Numbered from the stretch's first letter, positions 12,618 to 27,170 are shown. The stretch is 64,000 bases of DNA from Selaginella moellendorffii (GCF_000143415.4 NW_003314429.1:1-64000); one strand, 5' to 3'. Translations and numbers: made by a program. Notes: generated from the letters alone by a model not told the origin.

Positions 12618-13280
12618 ATTAATGGGAATCAAACCTGTGCCATTTGCTTTGATACCATATGTAACACACTTTATTTCTCTCCTTTTAAACCAATTGAGAA
12701 AGGGGTAATTGCTTAATAAATGATCTCTCTCCTTTCAAACCAATTGATAAAAAGGTAATTACTTGATGAGAAAGCCTTTAATGGCTATTTTATCCCCATA
12801 TATCCTTTAAGGTTTTAAATATCCATAGTGATAGTATATCTAAATTTTATCCTATGATTATATACACTATAAAGATGTGTAAAATTATAGTTTTATGGTG
12901 CTATTATTATCAAAGATAAAAATTATGACCATACAACTATTATATTAGGATGATCAATAAAAGTATCTACCTAAGAAGAATACTTTGCCACTTCACATGG
13001 GTTGGTCACAAGTGGATGAAGTACTTAATATTAAAATAATCTTCTCTAGAAATCAACTTCTATTTCATATGATTTAAATATAAATAAAAATCATTCTAAA
13101 AACTAAGTTTGTAAAACCTATATGTGTAGCATATGTGATCATGGGATGAAATTTAGATATACTATCACCATTGATCCTTGAAATCTTGAGGGGATATATG
13201 GGAATAAAATAACCATTAAAGGCTCTTTTATATTATATATGATATCAAAGAAAATGGTATAAGTTCAATTTTCATTAATA
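12618..13280. repeat. Degenerate long inverted repeat with outward-facing tRNA-iMet PBS-like motifs (LTR remnants or long-TIR element)
   Basis: ~12772-12862 is the approximate reverse complement of ~13133-13226, and ~12618-12660 of ~13238-13280. TGGTATCAAAGC on minus at 12657-12646; TGATATCAAAG on plus at 13240. Confidence 0.65.
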
Positions 13281-16200
13281 TATACCACATCTTATGCTTT
13301 TCCCACATTCTCTCTATGGTTTTTGAATTTGTTATAATGTTATGTAAGTTTTTTGAACTCACTTTCTACAAGTTATAACTAGTAGTTACCATAGTTGAAA
13401 TTGTCATCAAGAATATGCCCTTGTCTAAGTGAGTGTCTTAGTATGTACATGTGCTCCTCTCTATTTAGCACTTCTAGTACTCACAAATATGTTGAACTAT
13501 TTCTAGTGACCATCCATAAGTCCTACTAACATCATAAAAAATATTAATAATAACCAATATAAGGCTATAATGCTTTTGTAGACCATTTTTTAGTAATTTT
13601 ACCATGATATAGGGAGCATACTATTGAGCAATACTTAGTGTTTCATTGGTTTATCAATAATCTGGGCAAGGTGGTGCACAAGACTTGGGATAGGTTTATT
13701 TTTATGAGAACAATACAACAAAAGAGTGGAGCACTTAGTGTCAAGATATTAAATTTGGGTAATAGAGAATAACTAAAACAAACTAGATTTTGCTAATCAT
13801 ACATTTATAAAGTCAAGGCACAATACACTCAATTCATTTCTAAAGTTGTTATTGGATGAATAACTTTTTAAAGATGGTGTGAAAGTCAAATATGGGTTGG
13901 ATGTTATATAAGTTAGTTTTCTATAAAACACTACTCTCTTACTTTTTCAATTAGTACAGATAAGTTGATTTGAGTTGAATTATTTAATTAGTTTTCTAGT
14001 GAATTTTTATTTAGGTTCAATTTGCTATTCTATTTTGCTGTGAGACACTACATGCAATTACATTATTTTCTTATGGTGAAGGGTAAAGATAAAGAATTCA
14101 TAACTTAATATAGCTACACAATCAATAAATTTTGATCTAGCAAGATAGTGAAGAAGAAGAATCAAATTGCAATAATCCCTCTATATGGTTGTGGGTTTTG
14201 ATAAGTATTCAAACCATAATCTAGACCAAAAATTTGTTAATGAACTTCATCTAAAACCCAAATAGAGTGATGCATTATTAGTCAATAGTGGAGATTTCAC
14301 ACGTATTTTAGACACTCAAGTGATAGTAAGGATTATTAAATTGGATCCATAAAAATTTGATACTTTTACCATTTTGTTAGCTCCTATAATTCCTTGAACT
14401 TATTAAAAGCTTTTTGAATTATTTTTCCTTGTCATTCAACTCTATTCTTTTAGTGCCTTAGATTCTTTTAGTAAATACTTTGAAATCTTGCACATATTTG
14501 TAATTTTATCTTCAATAACAAATAGTCCATATGTAAAATGTCTCCTAAACCACTTAAAACAACTAATGGAAAAATTATATTACTTGTAAGATGAGTTTTG
14601 TTTTATAGTATTTTACCTGTAAAAAGTACATGTAAACAACTAAATGACATTCTAGAAAGTTCAAATTTAGAAGCTTATACTTTGTATTAGAGGGGTCTCA
14701 AATTTAATTCCATTGGTTGGCTAGAAGAATCATACCACATGTTAAGTTAGATATTTAGTGGTGTAGTTTACTAATGTTAAGTTATATTTAAGGGGTAAAG
14801 TGTCCTGCAGATGTTTATATATGGATTCCTTTTACACAAGTAGTCTCATCTCCTATTGACACTATTTAACCTATCTTCTCGACTGAGGAGCAAGTGAAGA
14901 GAGTGGGGCTTTCAAGAGAGTTGTAGTTATTAACTTTTATTCATAGGGGCATGAACTTGTAAAAAATTGTGGTGGAGAACTTATAAAGAATTGTGATGGA
15001 TTGTAAGTAGCTAAAGAAAATGGCTTAAATGATGCTTATAAAAATTTAAATATAAAAAGAATAAGCTTCTGAATAAAAGTGCATTTCATTTTTCAATCTG
15101 TTAAAGGTTTTGGGATATATAGATTTATATGTCCTTAGATAGATAACTTTTTAAAAATTCTAAATTTAGAAGCTTACAATATAATTATCTCTGCCTTAAA
15201 AAAGAATTTGTCATACAAAAAGAACTAATATTGTTTAACCTAGAGATTGATTACATCTAGCAAAAGTCTTAGATTCCTTAAAACAACTTATCAAAGATTT
15301 GTTATCTCAATATGCTTTCCTTTTCAACTTAGGCATCTACTTCATTATCACTATTGTTACTGTCATTATTAGCAATCCCCTCCTCACCATATTACATTCC
15401 ATCAAGTAAACCAATGTATATATTTCACCCTCATAACCTATCAAAAATCAAATTCCTAATTTACCAGCATAGTATCATCCTTATGAATTAAATACTATTT
15501 TAATGTAATAACAAAAGTTTGTATGATTGACTTCAGATGACTATAAAATCTAACTTTATTATAAAATTTACCATTTTCTCCATAGTTAGTAATGAATTAG
15601 AACACCTCTTGCCTTTTGATTCTACCATTTATTTTGCCTAGTTTTCCTCATGCCCATCTTCTTTTTCCCTTGAACAATATTTTTATCCAAACAAATCAGG
15701 CAATTTGGCATGTAGGGACAAACACTATAAATATGCAAACCCTATAAAAAACTAACAAGTCTAGGCAATAATCCTAAAAATAATTATTAAATCTAGGTTC
15801 TTTGGTAAATGTAAAAACATTTGTTACCAATAGGCACAATCTTAATCAAATTTTCTTGAAACTCTTTAAAATTCTTGTGACCACCATAACTTAATACTTG
15901 CTATGGCATGAATTTAAATAGAAGTCTTACAATTATTGGTCTTTCTCTAGTTTAGAAGTGAGTTTCATGAGTGGTTTTTCCCATGGATCTAAGTGTTTGC
16001 CAAACACTTTTGGCCTAAAACTCTAGATAGAGATGCAAGATAATTGATAGTGGTCACTTGATTGCTCTTTACAAGAGTTGTCTTGTAAATTGGCATACTT
16101 ACATTGCTTGTGGGTCATCCAAAAGATTTGTAATGCTGCTATGCAAGTATGTTTTAGCAATGTATATAAATTTTTGGAGATGATAAGACATGAAGTGAAG

Positions 16201-19100
16201 AGAATTTAGGTACATATATTGTATATTATTTTTTTGTCAATTGAGTTTTTAATTAAGTTCCATCCATTTAATTTTGAATTGGGTTTCTTTGACTTGTGTT
16301 TTCTCATTGTTTTGTTTTCTTAGTTGCTTGTAAGAGGTACAAAGAGCTATGGGATGATAATGTCATCAATGAAGATAGAGACTAATTACAAGCTAGATGG
16401 CTTTACTTGTGTTTTTGCCATATTATAAAGATTGTTTTTATCTCCCAGGTGTCTAAAGTTAGGATCATTGGAAACATTATGCAGTTGCTATTGGCAGGAA
16501 CAATAGAGATCATCCAGAATAGACAAGAGCCATAGCTGATGCTATTTGTTATGGTAGGTTACTTTAATTTGGTTTTCTTATTGGCTTTTATATTAGTTTT
16601 ATAGAAACAAAGCCATGGGAGCAAACAGAGAAGATGAAGTTGAAGATAATTCAGATGCAAGTCAAGAGGTAACAACATCCAAGTTTGAAAGGCATTGCAA
16701 TGCTCAAAGTTTAATATATATTTGTGTTGGTGTTGTTTTTATTAGGGTTTTGTGAGTTGAGAATGAGCCAGTGGCTTGGAGCAGCACAAAGATCTTCCAT
16801 GCACTATTCCATTAGTTGGAAGTGGCAAGTATTAGAAGCACTCAAAAGATAAAGAAGGGTAAGACTTTGTAGATAAGTTTACATCGTAATGCTCTTGTTA
16901 GAGCCATTGCTTTCTATGGTTAGTTGCTTTCTTTGATGTTAAGTTCTTGTGTTCTTGTTTCTCACATTGTGTCCTTGACATGCTCCACTTGAACTTGCTC
17001 CTGTCACTTGCCAATATTGCTAATATGTGCAAGAAGCACACAAACACCATGTATACCAGCACTAAGAAAGTGGTACATGTCTATGTGGAATGTTGACAAT
17101 GGAGGTTGTGGTGCTGCCAATTACATCCAAGCCTTCAAATTTAGGATGAAAAAAGTACACGAAGCACTATATGGAGCTCTTAATGTCAATGTAAGGCATC
17201 AACATAGCCAAGAGTAAAATTCATATGTACTACAATCTTGGTTCAACAAAAGTGGATCTCATTGCATTTGTGGGGAAGAAACTAACCATGCAAAACATGG
17301 AATTCAAGTGAGTTTTTTGGCTTGTGGCCCCAAAAACTAATTACAGAAAAGTCACACTTTTCCTACTGCTTTCATGTGGTGCCAACGAATAGTTTGTATT
17401 GCAATAGTGATTGTCTGTGTGATGGAGCAGTTGCAACTAAAAAGTGTTCCAAGTACCCTTGCCAAAATTCCAAAGGAAATGATAAAAGTATACTCAATAA
17501 TATAACTAAATGTAAATTTTTCTTTTGTGTCTCTCTTTGTTCTTTAAGAATGCATTTGAAATTCAAATGCTATGCTTCTGGCCAAAGTTGTGCACACAAG
17601 TTAGTGATGAATGTAACATTTAGTTATTCATGTTGCAAAAATATCTCTTAGAATTTTTATGAAAGAGATTGAGATGGTGGGGATTTAGGCAACGACCATG
17701 AAAAGCCTGACCACAAGGACAACAACAAACAAAATCCTGAAGGTAAGCATGTAAAAGTTTCTTTCATAACACTTTAAACTATTTTTTTTGTCCAGGAGAT
17801 AAGCTACAAGATCTAGTGGAGGAACAACAGGTCATTGGGAGTGGAAGGACAGCAGAAAAAAACCAAAAGAAAGGTGTGCATTCTTTTAGTTAATTAGCAA
17901 TGACTAACATGCTTTCTTGTTTGTAGCTTTTGCTACAGCCATTGGCACTGAAGGGACAAAGGAAGCATCCTCTAACACAGAACAAGAACAAGGTGTGCAA
18001 TTGTTACTATGTTTTAGTTGTTGTCATGTTCTTATGAAGCAGTTGCCTCTACTGCGGCTAGCAAAGGCACCAGTACAGTCTAAGTGTAAAGCAATGAAGT
18101 ACACCAATTTCCTTAATACTATCCTAACTTGTCACTCTTACAACACTAGTTCTGCTTGTCTCCTTTACATTGCTCACACTTGACATACACCACTTCAATT
18201 ATAATCAGGATTGAGATAACTCTTGCTAATATACATAACTTCTGCAATGTATATAATTAGCGTGCTCCAAGCACATTTGATCTACGGAAGAAGGCCAGAC
18301 CACACTCTCATGTAATTCAAAGGGGGTATGCCAAGCCTCCTGCAAATCAAGCCAGAAGCATGGACAGTGACAATGAATTTGGGACGCAACAGGGGCTAGT
18401 AATTTTCTTTCTTAAACCGATTTAGATTCCAAATACTACACCACTAGTGAAACACGTTTTTAAAATTGGTTTTATATAAAATTAAAAATTTCTTTCTTAT
18501 TTACAAAACCGAAAGTCGTGCAATAACAGTAATAAACCCAGCTTCTAAAACCTACAAAATAGTACGGTCAAAATTGCAAAGATACCACCCCGAGGCAAGG
18601 TTCTCATCCACGTACTGTGAGCGGCATTGTGGGATTTGGCATAAAGAGGATGAAAGATGGCATTTAGATATTTTTGGAAATCTATCATAAAACCAATACG
18701 GAAATGTGGCCTGAAACTTATTTGCATTCTTTCTAAAAAACTTATTCTATTAAGTTCCTTAACATAAAGGTCTCTTCATAAAGAAGCAGGTCATAGAACG
18801 TTCTTGAGGCTTCGAGCCTACACACCAATCGTCATCTGCGTCCAACAATAATAGTCCCAGTTCGATTGCAAGCGTTGAAGGCCAGAAGGAGTGGCCATCG
18901 AGAGCCATCTAGCAATGCCCAGTATGAGTTTCTTCAAAGATAAATATAAATTTTCTAAATTATATAGATTTACTGTGTAACCAAAGTCGGGACAATAAAA
19001 TCAAGATTTTCCTGCGTGAAACGATTTTTGTGAAAATCTCCATGGGACTGCTAAACATTTGATTTAGTGAATAAAAAATAATATAATATTCCAACTAAGT
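13280..19100. mobile_element. Heavily decayed AT-rich TE tract, family unresolved
   Basis: Almost no ORFs, strong CpG depletion, and vestigial short GT-AG exons on + at ~16300-18100. Confidence 0.5.
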
Positions 19101-19172
19101 TAGAATCTCACTGCCCATCTCAGTGATCACCAAGAGCTCGAATTAATTAAATCCAACGGCTTTAGGGGTTAG

Positions 19173-19768
<596 letters not shown>

Positions 19769-20313
19769 ACTGGTCTTTACCAGCCGGCTTTCAAAATTTT
19801 GCTGCAAAGTTAAAATAATTTCATTTTGAGCCGAAGGCACAATTATTTTGTCCCCCTTTTCTATAACTCTTAGATTTTATTTTGGGCATATAGCTATATA
19901 CTGGAGTTCAGCGAGACAGCGAGACAAGATAAATCATCTAGTTTTGCAAGGCTAGAGTTTGCGTGTTGCTCTGCGCACTGGATGTTCTGAACTACCTATA
20001 GCAATCCGATTTGAACGTGAAAGATTTGGCATAATGTACTTTCCAGTCGGCGTCTTCTTTGCTTTGCTTTGTCTGCAAATCAGCTGGATGCCCGTGCTTC
20101 AAACATAAAAAACTATCACTAAGAGGCAAGGGTGTATATCTATGTTGACGGATGGATGGATATAAACAAATCTGCTGCTTCTACTGTGCTGCTCAGCTGG
20201 GCTCGAGGATTTCCCTGCTTGGGTGCGCACCATTTCACATTCAAGTTGGACGTTTCCTGATGCTAGCAGGGACTTCTATGCTGGCCACGAACCAGCCGAG
20301 CCACCATGTTACG

Positions 20314-22627
20314 CTATACATCATACACGGACAGGCGATCCCCGATGTAACTTCTGCATATCGGGCAGTGTTTGCATCTCTCGGAGCACAAGCTGCCAAC
20401 AAAGCCCGTCACGCCACCACAACGGAATTCAAACACAAACCTGCAAAGGACTCGATGTTTACACGGGAGTAACACCACGGCTATGTCACGCTCAAAGCAC
20501 ACCCGGCAAAGCACTTTCTCCTGCAGGGCCAAGAGCAAAAGCCAGTCAAGCTACACATAAATCACATATAATGCAGTGAAAAGGAGAAGGCCGTACGCTC
20601 TGCAGGCGGTCAAACTCGTGCTGCTGATGCTTGGCTATTCGTGTTTGCTCTCCCAGAGCAGCTTGAAGCCTCCATATCTGCGTAAAGCCACAGTGAGTCG
20701 GGCACTGGAGAAAACAAGCGCAAAGTACCTCTTCAGCAAGGTCTTTCCGAGCCATTTTCTTGACAACATCGGGCGGAGGGCCAGTAAATGTGTAGTACCT
20801 GGAAATACAAATCATGTATAAATGCCAACAAAGAAACCAGAGCCAAGACAGTTGATTTTCTTGTCTTACCCCGACGAGCTCGCAGATAAGAGCCGGACTT
20901 GTTCCTCTTTACTCTTTTCATCAATGGACCACCACCCAAGAAGCCTGCTCAAAGACCATGAATTGTCAAGGAACAGAGAACTCTATATAGATGACTAACC
21001 TTGAGCCATGGTGAACAAAACCAAAGAATTCCTGCACCTGTGAGAAGATGTTCAGCGAGCTCTGCGACTCGTCACCTACGTGCATTAGCACGAGGAGCCT
21101 TTCCACGACACGCAAAACTGTAAGAAGAATAGCCAAGCCTTGCACGACCAACAGCGGCATCAGAACAACACCCACTGGAATGTTTACTGCTCCTGCTGGA
21201 GTTCCCTGAAAAGAATACAAAAGATAGTCAGCTTTGCTTGCTATCTTTCTTGACGGATAAGAAAAGAAAGTCTTACCTCGAGCTTCATACACAGTAAGAT
21301 CTGCGATATCAATACTGGCGCTTTCAACAAATGTCCCCCTATGTCCTCCTTCCCACAAAAGCCGGCTTCGACGCCTTCGTCCTCAAGTACGATTGATGTG
21401 GAAGATGCACTGCAAAGAGATTCGTCTCTTTCCAGCGGCTTACTGGAAGACGATGAGGATGATGACAGAGATCCCCGAATGGAAGTGTTGGTCCATTTGG
21501 TGCAGACCAGGAAGGTGAAACACTCGGCAATACTGAGCAGCAATAAGCATTAGCAAAGGCTATAAACAATGCAAATGCAACGCTTACACGTAGTTTATGA
21601 ACAAGTCCCACCAGCCAAGCGATTCAAAATCCCCTACGCGGACAAGGAGTGAAAATTCCAAGTACTGATACCGAAAATCTTTTACCAGTTAATTTTAACA
21701 AGGTAAGAACGGTCGCAGCCACAAAGAAAACCATCGAAACAGATATCCAAAAATGCTGTCGAGGCACAGAATTAGCGCAGAGAAGTAGTCCCTTTGGAAA
21801 CTTACCGGAAGTGTTTCCCAGATTATATCATCAGTTAAACTTTCTTCGTCTGCCGGCATCAGAGCCCTGCACATCCTGCACAAAGAAGAAGTCAAATGAG
21901 AAGAAAGGACAATTTTAGTACCTGAAGTTATCAATTAAAATCAGAAGTTCAAGACCCAGCAAAGGCACGAAGACAAGCTTGAGGCTCAACAGCGGCTCCG
22001 CATACACTGCACCACAGGAAAAAAGAAAAAACCAAAGCGGTGAAGGAAACACTTGCGTCTTTCCGGGGCTCGTAGAAAAACTAGTAGTAATTCCAAAGCG
22101 AGAGTTTTTACCTTCGCGGCTATGAAGGTAGGAGCACAAGAGGAGCTCAAATGCAACAAGCAGCGGGATGGCAACAACAGCATGACAAGGAGCCCACTAC
22201 ACCCGCGAGAAAGAAGAGGGAACCATCAGTGAAGAAAAAACCAAGGGAATTCCCGCAAGAACAAGCAACACGTACATGCCTATCATGAGGTGGAGATGGT
22301 GCCGGAACTGAGAACCTCCCCCTAGAAACTATCCCATGAAACACCCACAGTGGAAGAAACACCCACCTGAGAGAGAGCGAGAGAGAGAGAGCTCAGAAGA
22401 AAGAAACTTATCTTGCTTGAGAGAACTCACCACCAAGACAAATGGAAGAAGAGATCGTGACGATGCGGAGGAGCCGAGGAGGTGGAGGGGCCGAGCTTGA
22501 CAACGAGCAGGCAGGAGAAGGCCATCAAACTGCAGTAGGCGGCGAGCTTGCGGAGCGATCTTAGCACGCGAGCGCCGCTCATGACTCTGTGTGGCGGCGG
22601 AGGCATACTTCTCAGCGTGGGCGGCAT
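20314..22627 (-). CDS. TMEM185/Fragile-X-F-associated transmembrane protein with C-terminal C3HC4 RING (multi-exon)
   Basis: SWW|VFLPLWVFHGIVSRGRFSVPAPSPPHDRH|WAPCH; MCRALMPADEESLTDDIIWETLP|HFW; C-terminal CRVCFERDIAVVLLPCKHRVLC..C..CPICR..VYDV*. Start codon uncertain. Confidence 0.9.
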
Positions 22628-22839
22628 GACGGAGGAGAATCCTCCCACTCCCACTTCCACCCAAGACGAAGCAATCCCTCCTCTCATCCCACGAGCATCC
22701 TCCTCGCATTCTCTCCTCCCCCTCCTCCCAGCTCGCTACAGTGGAAGCTACCTCTTCCAGCGCTAGCGTCGATTGCACGCCATGGGATGGGTCTTTTTCC
22801 ACGCACCGCGCCTTCGCCCACCTCCACCGCCGCGACGCA

Positions 22840-24492
22840 CTAGGGTCTCCTGTCCCCCGGCATATGCTCCACGAATATCCCGCCATCCAACGATAATTCT
22901 CGCGCCATGCTCCGCGCAGCATCGCCATCGCCTGCGCCACCATAGGTGAGATCAATGCCAAGCTCATAGAACGAAGAACATCCATCGCTCTCGCAACACG
23001 AGAAAGAAAAAACTTACTCCAAAGATCCTGCTGCGAGATCACGTCGGGGACGTTGAGGCGCGACTCCACGGCTTGTTTGGCCACAGCGGTGCCATGGGCG
23101 ACGCATCCCAGCACGTCGCCGTCCCCTCTCGTCGCCAGCCACGCGATGCATCCAGCCACCAGGCAGTCTCCAGCGCCGCTCAAGCTCGCCACTCGAGCCG
23201 CCGTCGCTGGAACGCGAAGGCAGCGGATTGAGAAGCTACTGCCGCTGCAATGCTCACGATCAAAGCTTCCATAGTCAAGGAAAAGAAAGAGCTACCTTGC
23301 AGACTCCAGCGTGCAAGCTAGCGAGCCTTTGCTGCCCAGCGTCACAATAACATGCTTGACGCCTGCTTGGAGGAGGAGATGGATGTAGCGCTGCTCCTTG
23401 CTCCAGCCACTAGGAACTGGAGCAGTATCAAGACTCGATAGTGATTCTCCCATAGCAGCCAGTTCTTTCTCGTTTGGCGATACGTAAGCAAGCTGGAGAA
23501 AAAAAGAAAAGAAAAGAAGCCTTTGTGAGCCACAGCTCGTGAATGATAAGATACAACTTACGTATTTGTAGAGGCCAGCAGCCCTGACGGACTTGGAAAC
23601 TGATACTGGCTCGAACCACACCGGAACCTCTGCTTGCTTCGCCACTGGAGTTTCTCCGTTAGCGATTGATGATTTATGGGAAGTGGATGACTACTTACAC
23701 TTGCAAGCGGTTTCCAGTGACTCGGGAGTGAGGTTGGCATCCAGTAACACAACCGGTGCTGCTTGGATGATGGTCGAGAATTGCGAGATCCAGTCCGGGG
23801 TCAGGTGTTTCTCCTGGAAGCTTGATCAGGAGAAGAAAGCACTGACATACTCACAACTGTTCCAGTGTCGGCTACACCAGCAGCGACTTCGCCCGTGGTG
23901 TCGAAAGCGATAGAGATGACTGGCGTGGCTGCTCCGCAACACCTTCGAATGCCTGGAAACCTTCACTGTGAGCAAAACCAAGAGAGTGCTACTACCGTTT
24001 GTCGTTAAGCCCAGAGACTTCCAGTGATCCACCAGAGCATTTCCTAGGCAGAAATCTCAAAGTTTAGAAGAACTTGGGAAAGATCATAGCATCTTTAACC
24101 AGCAATGTCGTCCCCGACGACACTGATGAGAAACGAAGGCACTCCGAGCTTGGCCATGCACTCGGCCACATTTCTCCCGACTCCACCATGGCTGTACTTG
24201 ACCTGCAAGAACCATAGTCACCAAAAGGACAAACACTTCAGTGGAGATTTTTGTTTCGGGGAGATACCTGGCCGACGACTGTTGTGCCACGACTGAGCTG
24301 AGTGGAGGGAAAGGATTGGATGTCCGCTACCATGGCACCGACAACCACCGGAACATCGCAGGAACTTGTGTTGTCACGATCAATGCTCTAGAAGCAAACA
24401 AAGTCAGTAGCAGCGCCAGGAGAGCGACTCACCGTCGTCGCAGCTTGAAGATGGCGAGCTATGGCCGAAACGCGGCTGCGCCCCGTCTCCAT
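22840..24492 (-). CDS. PUKI: PfkB-family kinase, pseudouridine kinase-like (multi-exon, intact)
   Basis: GGVGRNVAECMAKLG, TPVISIAFDTTGEVAAGVA, LDANL, VWFEPVSVSKS, SPNEKEL, VTLGSKG and anion hole GAGDCLVAG. Confidence 0.85.
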
Positions 24493-24514
24493 TCCTTGAT
24501 AGGGCTTGGAAAGG

Positions 24515-25895
24515 AGATCCACCTGGGCGATGTGGATGTTTGCGAGTAAGACATAGGCGGCAGTGTTGGCTGGATCGAAGCATCCAGCAGCCCAATTCCT
24601 TCTCCTACAACACGATCATCGCGGCGCTCGTCCGCAACGGCTGCGTCAGCTACGCCAGGGATTGTTTGACTCGTGTATGACACGGTCTCGTGGAATCCCA
24701 TGATCAATGGACGAGACGAGGCAACTGTTTGAGCAGATGCCACACAAGAGCATGTGCGCCTCAAATCCTCTCATTGCAGCATATGCCCGGACTGGGCAAC
24801 CTGATCATGCCCGACTCGTGGACGGGGACTAATGACCGCGTGCTCGCCGTTTCAAAGGAAAAGAAGGTACGTTGTGTCTTGGAACGGTTGTGATATCACC
24901 ACATACGGCATGCTAAGCACCATCTCTTGGAACGCAATGGTGCAGCAGTGGATTTCTCTACGAGGCATGGCTTTTGTTTGAGGGCACTCGGACGGGTATG
25001 CTGTGCTCAGAAGGGTTATCGTGGCAAAGCCGCCAGCTTGTTCCACACAATGGTTATGCTTGAGGGGCTTTTGCATCTGCAAGCTCTCGATGAGGCGGTT
25101 GGTTTGCTGGAAAGATGCCACACCACAATGACATGGCCTGGAATTCCAAGCTCATGCGCATCACGGGGGCACGAGAGCTGATGAACGCAGCCCAGGAAAC
25201 ACCATTCCGGATGAGCTTCCGGAATGGTGTTTCCTGGGCTGCGTTCGGGAGCGCAAAGTTCGTGTTTGAAGAGACGGTTCTCGCGAGAGACGTTCTAACT
25301 TTTACTGCGATGGTGAGCCCGAGCTGGAAACGTGAAGGAGGCGAGACTTTGTTTCGAAAGAATGTGGTCTCGTGGAATTCCATGATCCAGGCCTACCACT
25401 GGACTTGTTATACACGAGCAATGCCATGATCCACGCCAATTGTCGCAAGATCTCTTTTTGACAGGTGGCTACTAGTGACTTGGACTGGGATGATAGCCGC
25501 ATATGCTCAGCTCGGGCATTCCGGACAAGTGCTGGACAGGATTCCTTGCCGAGACGTCCCGGCTTGGAATGCTGCGATCACGGGCTTGATCCAGGCAAGC
25601 ACTGGAGCTGTTTGCGACAATGGGCGGCGCTGGGGGGAAGCGATGTAAAGTCTTGGATGCGTGCGGTAACGTGTCTTCTGTCCGGCAGGAAAAGATTCAC
25701 GAAAGCTTGGCTGCTGGCTGCCTGAACAACGGAAACTCGATCGGCATGTATGGCAAATGCCACCATCATCGCGTTCCAGCAGTGACGCTGCTGCTGCTGC
25801 ATGGTCACGAAGATCTCCCAAGCTTGATCCAGACGGCCACGGCGTACGCACAGAACGGCCACAACCCCGCGGCGTGGAGCTGTTTCGAGTGATAC
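24515..25895. pseudogene. Scrambled, condensed copy of the PPR gene at 35372-37903
   Basis: Patchwork of short near-identical matches to 35390-37680 in both orientations. Confidence 0.9.
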
Positions 25896-25945
25896 TGTGG
25901 ATACGACTGTGAACCTTCGTCGCCAGGCACATTGTAACCGACAGA

Positions 25946-26258
25946 AGAACCGGCTAACGAGAATTGGTAGCGACAGGAACACAAGTGGAAGGTGTGGAAT
26001 CCGAAGGATCAGAGCCTCCCTTGAATGAACAAGATGACGATGAGTTAAACAACATCGATCAAACTGGAGAGGAGCCAAAGACAAGTCATCTCGTAGTAGC
26101 GCAGTTTGAGAAGGTTTGGTTGTCTGAAGTTAGAGATGGAGTTGACTTTGTCTTTGCAGGTAACTAAATCAAAGAGCAAGTGGAAATGTATCCTCGAGGA
26201 TGGGATTCAATAATCGTGACAGTCTTTTTGTATACCCTCAGGATGGAGAGTTCGATTG
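25946..26258 (+). pseudogene. TFIIA large subunit 3' fragment (duplicate of ~42142-42525)
   Basis: Near-identical GTAGCGACAG..GAAGGATC..HLVVAQFEK|VTKSKSKWKC, with deletions. Confidence 0.9.
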
Positions 26259-26899
26259 GACCTTTAGTTGAGGGGATCATATAAAAAGTTCCATCAAAAC
26301 TTACTTTGTAAAATTCGAGAGAATCCAAAGAAGTTTTGGAAGAATTTTGATCGCGGTACCCGGGCTGAGCTCGGACACCCGAGGTCAGGCACCTCACCCT
26401 AAGCCCCCACTCTCCCGCTCCATGCTCTTGCTCCCTTGGGCGTCTCGCCGGATCAGAATATGTGATCTCGCTACCTCCTTGATCCTGTCATCCTTTGAGA
26501 AGCATCTCGTCCAGGAAACCACGTCGTGGCAGCGATTGAGCTTCTCATCACGACTCCTACGTCTTGAGGCTGCATTACATCTGCCACTTCCTGCATGCTG
26601 CAATCTAGACACTGAAGCTAGCACAAAAGGAGGAAAAAAACATTTCTTACCCACAAGTTCATGAGAAAGTTCTGATCCTCCTTCTTGCCTCCCTTCTGTC
26701 CACTGCTGGCTGTGTTTCGGACCTGAAATAAGTTCGACAAATGACTCATGATACACAGACCTTAGGAATACAGACCATGAATAACTGGGTGAATTTCCGT
26801 CAGTGTTCGTCTGCCCACTCCAAGGAAGGGGTTAAAGGGTTTAAGACAATTTTATTATGGTATTTTTTAAAACTCCACTTTAATGTGATTGTTCGTTTA

Positions 26900-27170
26900 T
26901 TCAGCGATTGCAGTATTGGTTGGACAGCCAGATTTTGGTTCTCCCGCTCCAGCTCACCGTCGCACGTTGACAAAACGTTGAGTCACGGTGAAGTTGTCTC
27001 TCACATTTGTTTTGTTTCTTCTTCAGGGCTCAAGCAAAGTACATGACGGGTATGATAACTTTGTAGCCTTTTTCATACGGAACAATATTCACGGGCGACA
27101 ATGAAGCATCGGCAGATTTGTTTCGTGAAGCTTTGAGACTGATGGAGAGGAGTACCACGGAAGATCCACA
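26900..27170 (+). pseudogene. Fragments of the TPR gene (duplicate of ~43550-43950)
   Basis: Shared strings GGACAGCCAGATTTTGGTTCTCCCGCTCCAGC and CATCGGCAGATTTGTTTCGTGAAGCTTTGAGA. Confidence 0.85.

Noticed and set aside
15300-16000. LINE reverse-transcriptase remnant on the minus strand
   Set aside because: Only faint motif-like strings (HKDDTML); too degenerate to support.
18442-18450. CACTA terminus (CACTAGTG)
   Set aside because: No matching partner TIR or TSD identified.
22329-23192. 287-aa ORF suggesting a PUKI-RING fusion
   Set aside because: Read-through of the last PUKI intron and the intergenic DNA; the spliced PUKI stops at 22840.
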